The notes beneath the pieces were generated by a model. It worked only from the letters and a program-made list of their open reading frames with translations. It was not told where the DNA came from and searched no databases. A DNA stretch of 5,751 nucleotides from Halalkalibacterium halodurans. GTDB lineage: Bacteria > Bacillota > Bacilli > Bacillales > Bacillaceae_D. Where the stretch lies: the NCBI RefSeq assembly GCF_004376175.1, contig NZ_SNUY01000054.1, positions 24,076-29,826 on the forward strand. The letters run 5' to 3'. The translations under genes were made by a program, and so were the position numbers. Shown one piece after another: positions 1 to 5,695 of the stretch. Each line of letters begins with the position of its first letter. The first letter of the stretch is position 1.

Positions 1-63
1 AAGCTCGCGTGTGATCGTATAGCCAAGTCCCTTTCTAGCAAGCAGACTAGTCAAGCCGCGTAA
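1..63 (+). CDS. Possible 3' end of an unidentified CDS entering from the left edge (...KLACDRIAKSLSSKQTSQAA*)
   Basis: Only frame +1 is open from base 1, ending at TAA 61-63; frames +2 and +3 hit stops within about 20 nt. Local GC is visibly higher than in the AT-rich spacer 64-157. The 20 codons are too few to identify a product. Confidence 0.25.
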   Translation, partial: KLACDRIAKSLSSKQTSQAA

Positions 64-157
64 TTAATTTTTTAAAAACACTAAAAGCGAAATGGGGGTC
101 GTCTAACAATCGTGAACTAGGCTTTATGAAATTGATTCATCTAGCACATTATTTTTA

Positions 158-655
158 TTATCCACAACATTTCTTATACTTCTTACCACTCCCACAAGGA
201 CATGGTTCATTTCTACCAATATGAAGCTCTTTTACAATGGTTTTTGTATTTTCTAACTTTACACCCATTAACCTTTGGACATCAGATATATCCTCAGGCT
301 TGTCTGGTTCAATCCCTATGATAACCTGCCAACCTTGATTTTCACAAAGATTATATATTTCATTTGCTCTCTCCTCTGTCGCAACTCGAACAACTGCAGG
401 CTTTCTATTTGTACCTAATTTAACCATATTCCTTCTCTCCCATTCGATTTTACTTATTAGCAAACCATACTGCATAATCGTGTAAGACATTTTCTCTGTA
501 TCACTTAAATCTAAGGCTTCTAATTCACATAATGGAAAATATAACTCCTTCCTACCAAACCTTGTACTTGCAATAATACCATACTTATCATCAATATTAT
601 CACCTATAGCATGTACCTTTAACAAATCTCCTTCATAAAATTTCCGTTCTCTCAA
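158..655 (-). CDS. SEC-C metal-binding motif protein, two-module, function unknown
   Basis: 165-codon ORF. TTG start at 653-655 lies 6 nt after the GG core of a Bacillus-type SD, AAAGGTGAT (658-666, minus strand). The C-terminus [19 protein letters not shown] is the canonical SEC-C / SecA C-terminal zinc motif. From memory, the preceding segment [41 protein letters not shown] resembles small SWIM/SEC-C proteins. The N-terminal 76 aa ([42 protein letters not shown]...) look like a separate small domain. Confidence 0.8.
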   Translation of the reverse strand: MRERKFYEGDLLKVHAIGDNIDDKYGIIASTRFGRKELYFPLCELEALDLSDTEKMSYTIMQYGLLISKIEWERRNMVKLGTNRKPAVVRVATEERANEIYNLCENQGWQVIIGIEPDKPEDISDVQRLMGVKLENTKTIVKELHIGRNEPCPCGSGKKYKKCCG

Positions 656-677
656 GCATCACCTTTTTATTTGTATC

Positions 678-707
678 AAAAAAGACAGGGCTGTATCGAT
701 CCTGTCT
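678..707 (-). terminator. Rho-independent terminator immediately upstream of the SEC-C gene
   Basis: Minus-strand RNA is AGACAGG-AUCGAUACAGC-CCUGUCU: a 7-bp stem (683-689 pairs with 701-707) and an 11-nt loop, followed by UUUUU (678-682). On the plus strand no T-run follows the hairpin, so it is strand-specific. Confidence 0.55.
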
Positions 708-1203
708 CGGTCTGATAAATTAGTATATTGCTTCTCTCGCTCTGACCATTGAATGATCGCTTCATTCTTAATACTCCTAACCCCAGGTATTCTTCCCTTT
801 AGCAAGTCAGACATCAAGTCCTCTTTATGAAGAATCGTTCCAACGACATGAGTATTCGTCTCTCGTGTGCCAATAGAGATAACCACATCACGAAACGTTG
901 ATTTCACTTGTTCACGTTTTGATTCTGATTTTGCTGTATCACTTTAAGTAAATCATCGAGCAATACCAAGGTAGGGCGATGTTGTTTATATTGAACGCCT
1001 CGAAGCGATCCCTCAATTCCACGAATCATAATACAGCTATCCAAAACACTACTCGACTCAATCCATATCTCGTTATTGTTCCAGCGTTGTCCTTTTTGAA
1101 TGCCAAAGTCCTTAATGAACAATTAATTTCTCAAGATCGCCCTTAACCATATCGAGGAATGGTAAGGCAATTTGTTCTGAGCTGATATAATGAGTGTGAA
1201 TTG
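708..1203 (-). pseudogene. Phage terminase large-subunit relic (ATPase-domain fragment; frameshifted, internal stop, truncated at both ends)
   Basis: ORFs 904-1122 and 659-907 join into a terminase-like string if one frameshift near 941-948 is repaired: ...IRGIEGSLRGVQYKQHRPTLVLLDDLLK / SDTAKSESKREQVKSTFRDVVISIGTRETNTHVVGTILHKEDLMSDLL. This gives a Walker-B-like hhhhDD, then a S...R.K segment, then a GT..H.eDL coupling motif, as in GTA/T4-type large terminases. A TAA at 1123-1125 interrupts the same frame, and the upstream continuation FTLIISAQNKLPYHSSIWLRAILRN is still open. The Walker A region and the nuclease domain are both missing. Boundaries are approximate. Confidence 0.55.
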
Positions 1204-1215
1204 TGATTTGGCAAG

Positions 1216-1247
1216 CAAAAACTGCCTCCATAAAAATATAGAGGCAG
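1216..1247 (-). terminator. Rho-independent terminator of gldA
   Basis: Stem CTGCCTC (1222-1228) pairs with GAGGCAG (1241-1247): 7 bp, 5 of them GC, with a 12-nt loop. On the minus strand it is followed by TTTTTG (1216-1221) and begins 9 nt after the gldA stop codon. Confidence 0.6.
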
Positions 1248-1256
1248 CTTTATTAC

Positions 1257-2375
1257 TTATTCCTTCCAACCAACGCGAGCTTTATATGCTTTTGTATACT
1301 GGTCGACAGCAAGAATAGCATTAACAACATCATCTGGAGTAACAGTGAATGGTAAGTTATGCATTGTTTCAGTCTCCTTCGTTGCAGCAACTCCTACCTT
1401 ATATAAATCTTCTTTCGTTACATCTTTTAATTTAATTTCTTCAAGTGTAACAGGAAGGTCAAGTTGGAGATACAATTTGATGTAGCGTTCAATTTCTTCG
1501 ATTGGTCTGTTTTCTAAAACTAATTGTGCAACCGTTCCGTATGCAACTTTTTCACCATGTGTGAGGTGATGAATCTCACCATTTAATGCAGTGAAACCAT
1601 TATGAATAGCGTGAGCTCCTGCTAAACCACCGCTCTCAAATCCAAGTCCACTTAATAAAGTATTTGCTTCAATGACAGCATCTAAAGCTGGGGTAACAAT
1701 CTGACGTTTAGCAGATTCGTAAGCAAGGAATCCATATTGGAAAAGCACTTCTTCACATTTTTCAGCAATCGCTTTTCCAGCGATTGTCGGCAAACCTCCT
1801 GCCATATTAATCGCACCTGACTGAATGGCTGCTCTTGCCTCTACCCAAGTTGCGAGAGCATCTGCAATTCCTGAAGCAAGGAATCTCGGTGGTGCACCTG
1901 CGATAATATGCGTATCGACGAGAATCAAATCTGGGTTTTTATTATAGAATTTATAAGATTCAAACACTCCATCCTCAGAATAAATAACAGACAATGCACT
2001 AGTTGGAGCATCTGATGAAGCAACGGTTGGAATAATAACTCGATTTACCTGCAATTGATCGCCGATTGCTTTTATCGTATCGATTGTTTTTCCGCCACCA
2101 ACTCCAATAACAACATCTACCTTTTCTCTTTTCCCTATTTCTGTGATTCTATCTATTTCCTGAAGAGATGATTCTCCATTGAATATCATTTTTGTTGTAG
2201 ATACACCTTCTCGTTCTAGACTATCCACTACTTTATTTCCAACAAGCTCCCAAACGAACTCATCAGCAATTACTAGAGATTTCGTTCCCAGCTCCTTAAT
2301 ATATGCTCCAGCCTTTTCAATGATATTTTTTCCTTGAACGTACTTCCCTGGACTAGTAAATACTTTTTCAAACAT
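1257..2375 (-). CDS. gldA: Glycerol dehydrogenase, NAD-dependent (iron-containing ADH superfamily, Zn enzyme)
   Basis: The 372-aa ORF is colinear, from memory, with Geobacillus stearothermophilus GldA. Shared motifs: [10 protein letters not shown]; [10 protein letters not shown] (NAD-binding glycine motif); [26 protein letters not shown]; and the Zn ligand contexts [21 protein letters not shown] and [13 protein letters not shown] at 2373-2375 lies 8 nt after SD AAAGGAG (2384-2390). Confidence 0.95.
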   Translation of the reverse strand: MFEKVFTSPGKYVQGKNIIEKAGAYIKELGTKSLVIADEFVWELVGNKVVDSLEREGVSTTKMIFNGESSLQEIDRITEIGKREKVDVVIGVGGGKTIDTIKAIGDQLQVNRVIIPTVASSDAPTSALSVIYSEDGVFESYKFYNKNPDLILVDTHIIAGAPPRFLASGIADALATWVEARAAIQSGAINMAGGLPTIAGKAIAEKCEEVLFQYGFLAYESAKRQIVTPALDAVIEANTLLSGLGFESGGLAGAHAIHNGFTALNGEIHHLTHGEKVAYGTVAQLVLENRPIEEIERYIKLYLQLDLPVTLEEIKLKDVTKEDLYKVGVAATKETETMHNLPFTVTPDDVVNAILAVDQYTKAYKARVGWKE

Positions 2376-2411
2376 ACTATCTACTCCTTTACCTTTTTAC
2401 TAAGGATTGAT

Positions 2412-2429
2412 TTGTGAAATATTTCACAA
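2412..2429. promoter_or_regulatory. Rex-type operator, proximal (TTGTGAA-ATAT-TTCACAA); also fits the Fnr/Crp-type TGTGA-N6-TCACA
   Basis: Perfect 18-bp palindrome, 20 bp if 2411 and 2430 are included. It matches the published Rex operator consensus TTGTGAA-N4-TTCACAA at every specified position. Its centre is about 45 nt upstream of the gldA ATG. Confidence 0.6.
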
Positions 2430-2482
2430 AATGAAGCAAAAAATTTTTCCGCCTTTTGAAAGACAACTTTTTAAATAATTTA

Positions 2483-2500
2483 TTGTGAATCATTTCACAA
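2483..2500. promoter_or_regulatory. Rex-type operator, distal (TTGTGAA-TCAT-TTCACAA)
   Basis: Second full match to TTGTGAA-N4-TTCACAA, with both 7-bp arms perfect. It is centred 71 bp from the proximal box and begins 4 nt downstream of a weak candidate minus-strand promoter (-35 TTGTAT 2528-2533, 17-nt spacer, -10 TACACT 2505-2510). Confidence 0.6.
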
Positions 2501-2606
2501 TTAAAGTGTACTCCTTTTTAAAATTAAATACAATAGTGGAAATAATGATTTAATTGTCTGAATTGTTAACAGCAACTTATTTATAACGTTAAAACTTATT
2601 ATAACG

Positions 2607-2636
2607 AAAAAGCACCTACACTCCCTGTGCAGATGC
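2607..2636 (-). terminator. Rho-independent terminator of the PF07929-type gene
   Basis: Minus-strand RNA is GCAUCUGCA-CAGGGAG-UGUAGGUGC: a 9-bp stem including two G-U pairs (2612-2620 pairs with 2628-2636) and a 7-nt loop, followed by UUUUU (2607-2611). The G-U pairs become C-A mismatches on the plus strand, so the hairpin is specific to the minus strand. It starts 12 nt after the stop codon. Confidence 0.65.
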
Positions 2637-2647
2637 CCTTTGCCACA

Positions 2648-3223
2648 TTAACACTTTATTCTTTTAAGCTTCCGATTTACTTCATTTTTATAAAAATAAT
2701 CAGGATCAAACTTTCGTCCACCCGTATCTTTCTCAGCCCATAACAACATATGTTCATAATCAGGATGACTATTATCATTGATGATTTCTAAGAAACTTTC
2801 ATATCCGCCAATTCCTCCGACATCTTCTGGTGGGCGATTTCTAGCTCCATCGATACATTGAGGATGGTTTATTTCTTCATCTAATGTATTGATATCTTCA
2901 ATTACAATTTCGTGTCTCCACGAATCACCAAAATCATACTCATATAAAAACTGCTTATACTCTTTAAAAACAGGGTCAATTTTTATTCTTTTTGGATCCT
3001 TTTCCACTTCATGAAGTGGAAATTCAGGGTCAGGATGCTTGATCACAAAATCTGGTAACTCAAATAAAAACAAATGATAATCCTGCCAATCAAACGCAGC
3101 TTGAATAACCTTATGGAGTTTATGAAAAGTGATGCCACTTGGAATGATCAATCTTCTCCATATCGGTGGCTCGATCTCTTGTATAGTTACTTTCACTTGG
3201 TAATATATTCTTTTCCCACTCAT
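2648..3223 (-). CDS. Plasmid pRiA4b ORF-3 family / MM3350-like domain protein (also annotated as IS1096 passenger TnpR family), function unknown
   Basis: The 191-aa ORF carries the family hallmarks as I remember them. N-terminal: IYYQVKVTIQEIEPPIWRRLIIPSGITFHKLHKVIQAAFDWQDYHLFLFEL. Middle: YEYDFGDSWRHEIVIE. C-terminal: PPEDVGGIGGYESFLEIINDNSHPDYEHMLLWAE...KFDPDYF...VNRKL. ATG at 3221-3223 lies 7 nt after SD GGGAGG (3231-3236). Confidence 0.9.
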   Translation of the reverse strand: MSGKRIYYQVKVTIQEIEPPIWRRLIIPSGITFHKLHKVIQAAFDWQDYHLFLFELPDFVIKHPDPEFPLHEVEKDPKRIKIDPVFKEYKQFLYEYDFGDSWRHEIVIEDINTLDEEINHPQCIDGARNRPPEDVGGIGGYESFLEIINDNSHPDYEHMLLWAEKDTGGRKFDPDYFYKNEVNRKLKRIKC

Positions 3224-3358
3224 ACCTGAACCTCCCGATATATCTTCGTATTGTCAAAACTTTATATAAAAATAGGTTATTAAATCCTATGTTAGAGGGC
3301 TTTATAAGCAAAAAAATTGCCACCCCCTGATTTCTGTAGATAATTGAGGTTACCATAC

Positions 3359-3416
3359 TGTTTAGTGCAAAATAAAAGTTAAGAGTATTGCAACCAAAAT
3401 GTTAGAAGGTTGCACA
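3359..3416. repeat. IS21 left terminal inverted repeat with internal sub-repeats
   Basis: TGTTTAGTGCAAAATAAAAGTTAAGAGTATTGCAACCAAAATGTTAGAAGGTTGCACA. It holds three copies of a GTT(T)AG...TGCA-type unit starting at 3360, 3378 and 3401. It aligns with the reverse complement of 5696-5751. Confidence 0.7.
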
Positions 3417-3496
3417 AATAGAAAAGGCTTGCCAGCCCTCTCAAAATACCCTACCGTTATTGGTGTCTAATCAACTAATGGTGGGAGGATGAAAGG

Positions 3497-4960
3497 ATGC
3501 TAGCAATGCCTGAAATCAATCATATCAAAAAGTTAAGGAATATAAAATCCCTATCGATCAATGAAATCTCCAAACGTACTGGTTTTAGTTGGGTAACAGT
3601 TAAAAAATATGCGGATGATGATCAATTACCTACAGAAAAGATTCTTGAGAAAAAAGGCATGATGTATGAAGAAAAGTGGGGAGAAATTGTAATTGACTGG
3701 CTCGTTGAAGATTATGCCCTCAAAAAGAAATCGAGAAGAAACAATAAAAATATATTTGAAGGGTTACAGAAATTAGGGTTTACCGGTTCTTATCGAACCG
3801 TTTGTAACTTCATTAAAGAAGAATGGAAAGAAAAAGTATTAGATGAATCGGATGAATTGAAAGAGGAATATGAAAGGCTAACCCATCCTCCCGCCGAAGC
3901 CCAAATAGATTTTGGCATTACCGAGGCAATTGAAGATGGACAAGCAAAGGACATCCATGCACTAGTGATGAGTTTTCCATATAGTAACGCAGGTTTTACC
4001 GTTCCTCTGCCTGCAGAAAACCAGGAGTGCTTTTTAGAAGGTCTTAAAATACTCTTTAAACAATCGGGATTCGTTCCAAGGAAACTTCGGTTAGATAACC
4101 TTTCAGCAGCAGTAGTAAAGGCAAGGGGGCGTGGGGAAGAAACTGTTTTCAATGAAGAGTTTCTTCGCTTTGCCAGCCATTATGGATTTGAGCCGCAAGC
4201 CTGTAATGCAAGAAAAGGAAATGAAAAAGGACATGTCGAAAACAAAGTGGGATATGTACGTTATAACTTTTTCACTCCTTCTCCTGTGATCAAAGATTTA
4301 ACACACTTACGTGCTTTGTTATTTGACCAGAGTAAAAGGGATCAACAACGCCTCCATTATAAGAAGGATATCTTAATTGCAGATCTGTTTGAAGAGGAAA
4401 AGAATTATGGACTAGCTTTACCTGAGTCCGAGTATCCGGTATTTAAGCAATCAATGGTAACCGCTAATAAATATGGTGAAGTAAAGGTTGATGGAGTGCT
4501 GGTCCATGTGCCTACAAGTTACCATTACGGTAAACTGCATTTGATTTTATATTGGGATCACTATAAAGTCGTCACCCGCAACGGTGAAGTGCTCTCCAAA
4601 GGACCTAGACGGTATATGAATCAAACAAGGGAAATTCCGTGGCAATCCATCTTAAAAAATTGGAAACAGAAGCCACGATCCATTGTATATTCTCGGTATT
4701 TCCCCTACCTGCCCGGCAGAATTTCTTATTACTTAAACATTGAATCAATGAAATTAAGAAAAGAACGTGTAGAGTGGTTACTAAGCTTAATTGTAAATCA
4801 TGATATGCAAGAAATAGACGAACGCTTCTATGAGTTACTACCAGAAGAAAAACAGTTTGATGCGAGTCTGGATGATTCTACGAACCATCCTTATGATGTA
4901 AATTGGAGTATTTATGACTCCCTCCAGCCTACCGTTAAGGAGGGTGTATATCATGACTGA
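3497..4960 (+). CDS. istA: IS21-family transposase IstA
   Basis: 487-aa ORF. N-terminal HTH (LSINEISKRTGFSWVTVKKY). DDE candidates in the usual IS21 contexts: AQIDFG, RLDNLS and KGHVENKVGY. ATG at 3497 lies 8 nt after GGGAGG (3483-3488). An in-frame ATG at 3506 is an alternative start. Confidence 0.93.
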   Translation: MLAMPEINHIKKLRNIKSLSINEISKRTGFSWVTVKKYADDDQLPTEKILEKKGMMYEEKWGEIVIDWLVEDYALKKKSRRNNKNIFEGLQKLGFTGSYRTVCNFIKEEWKEKVLDESDELKEEYERLTHPPAEAQIDFGITEAIEDGQAKDIHALVMSFPYSNAGFTVPLPAENQECFLEGLKILFKQSGFVPRKLRLDNLSAAVVKARGRGEETVFNEEFLRFASHYGFEPQACNARKGNEKGHVENKVGYVRYNFFTPSPVIKDLTHLRALLFDQSKRDQQRLHYKKDILIADLFEEEKNYGLALPESEYPVFKQSMVTANKYGEVKVDGVLVHVPTSYHYGKLHLILYWDHYKVVTRNGEVLSKGPRRYMNQTREIPWQSILKNWKQKPRSIVYSRYFPYLPGRISYYLNIESMKLRKERVEWLLSLIVNHDMQEIDERFYELLPEEKQFDASLDDSTNHPYDVNWSIYDSLQPTVKEGVYHD

Positions 4961-5675
4961 TGCGATTAGAGAGAAATGTAAATTGCTTCGTTTAGCATAT
5001 GTAGCCGACATGTACGAGAAGGTTCCTTTCGAGAATCCAGAACAATACTTGATAGATTTACTACAACAAGAAATAGAGTTAAGGGAAATAGCAAAAGGAG
5101 AACGCCTAATTAAAAAGGCAAAATTCATGAATGAAAAGGAACTAGATGATTATCGTTGGGGCGAACATATTCATTTCCCAACAAATCTCGACAGAGATGG
5201 TCTGGAGTCCCTTTCATTTATCAAGAGAAAAGAGAATGTCATTCTATCCGGAGCGCCAGGAACTGGGAAATCCCATTTGGCAACAGCATTGGGTCGTAAG
5301 GCTTGTAGAAACGGATATGAGGTCCGTTTCTACCGGGTAGCTGATTTAATAGACCTTTTGGAAAAGTCCTGGGCAGAAGGCCGATATCAACTATTACGTA
5401 ACCGATTCAATAAAGTCGATATGATCATTCTTGATGAGATGGGATACGTGCCATTTAGTAAGGATGGAGCTGAGTTATTATTTCAATTGATTTCCGATTG
5501 GTATGAACAGAAAAGCCTTATTATTACGTCCAATTTAGAATTTAGTCAGTGGAATAAAATATTTGTGGATGCACGGCTCACCGCTGCCTTGGTGGATCGA
5601 GTGATACATCACGCACATATTTTAAGTTTTACTGGCGATAGTTACCGTGTGAAACATGCATTATCGAATCGCTAA
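4953..5675 (+). CDS. istB: IS21-family helper ATPase IstB (AAA+ / DnaC-like)
   Basis: Walker A is SGAPGTGKSHLA and Walker B is MIILDEMGY, followed by ITSNL and the VDRVIHHAHIL tail. I place the start at ATG 4953, which lies 9 nt after AAGGAGG (4937-4943) and overlaps the istA stop by 8 nt. That leaves about 103 aa before the P-loop, as in IS21 IstB. The ORF track's 4914 start adds 13 residues (MTPSSLPLRRVYI) and cannot be excluded. Confidence 0.9.
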   Translation: MTDAIREKCKLLRLAYVADMYEKVPFENPEQYLIDLLQQEIELREIAKGERLIKKAKFMNEKELDDYRWGEHIHFPTNLDRDGLESLSFIKRKENVILSGAPGTGKSHLATALGRKACRNGYEVRFYRVADLIDLLEKSWAEGRYQLLRNRFNKVDMIILDEMGYVPFSKDGAELLFQLISDWYEQKSLIITSNLEFSQWNKIFVDARLTAALVDRVIHHAHILSFTGDSYRVKHALSNR

Positions 5676-5695
5676 TTAGAAAGAAAGTAAGGGCT

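Noticed and set aside
64-157. Search for a bidirectional terminator between the convergent left-edge ORF and the SEC-C gene
   Set aside because: Only weak AT-only hairpins are present (for example ATGAA-ATTGA-TTCAT at 127-141). Nothing has a GC-containing stem plus a U-tract, so no terminator is called.
656-907. The idea that ORF 659-907 and the SEC-C ORF (same frame, separated by TGA plus one codon) form one read-through or fusion protein
   Set aside because: The TGA lies inside the SD of the SEC-C gene. The last 50 nt or so of ORF 659-907 fold into a terminator hairpin with a U-tract, so that tail is most likely non-coding. Sharing a frame has a 1-in-3 chance expectation.
2431-2478. 15-aa plus-strand ORF (MKQKIFPPFERQLFK) between the two operators
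   Set aside because: It has no SD, is very short, and is oriented away from any gene.
2389-2493. 34-aa highly basic minus-strand ORF ([34 protein letters not shown]) spanning both Rex boxes and ending in the gldA SD
   Set aside because: Its ATG lies inside the distal operator, and the only SD-like sequence (AAAGGAG, 2511-2517) is 17 nt away, which is too far. The basic, Lys/Phe-rich composition is what AT-rich non-coding DNA translates to. A leader-peptide role cannot be fully excluded.
2412-2500. Reading the two palindromes as CcpA cre sites or as purely Fnr sites
   Set aside because: The cre consensus needs a central CG (TGWAANCGNTNWCA), which is absent. Fnr-type TGTGA-N6-TCACA is satisfied, but the extended conserved T and A flanks (TTGTGAA/TTCACAA) are the specific Rex signature. 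Rex is therefore preferred, and Fnr is kept only as an alternative.
3272-3290. Short inverted repeat ATAGG-N9-CCTAT upstream of the PF07929 gene as a possible operator
   Set aside because: The arms are only 5 bp in very AT-rich DNA, with no second copy and no adjacent promoter elements. This is indistinguishable from chance.
3120-3356. 78-aa minus-strand ORF overlapping the 5' end of the PF07929 gene and filling the spacer up to the IS end
   Set aside because: It is out of frame with a well-supported gene and overlaps it by about 100 nt. It has no SD before its start, and its composition (MVTSIIYRNQGVAIFLLIK...) has no recognisable motif. It is most likely a chance ORF in AT-rich intergenic DNA.
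3790-4152. 120-aa minus-strand ORF antisense to istA
   Set aside because: It lies entirely inside, and antisense to, the strongly supported IstA reading frame. It is Ser/Leu/Ala-rich, as expected from a shadow frame, with no motifs and no SD.
4914-4952. Upstream ATG (4914) offered by the ORF track as the istB start
   Set aside because: ATG 4953 has a much stronger SD (AAGGAGG, 9-nt spacing). It gives the classic 8-nt overlap with the istA stop and an N-terminal length matching IS21 IstB. The 4914 start has only a GGAG 5 nt upstream and adds 13 unconserved-looking residues. It is not strictly excluded.
4838-5128. 96-aa minus-strand ORF antisense to the istA/istB junction
   Set aside because: It is a shadow ORF across two well-supported plus-strand genes, with no independent support.
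5146-5340. 64-aa plus-strand ORF inside istB in another frame
   Set aside because: It is nested out of frame in the region encoding the IstB P-loop. It has no SD and no motifs.
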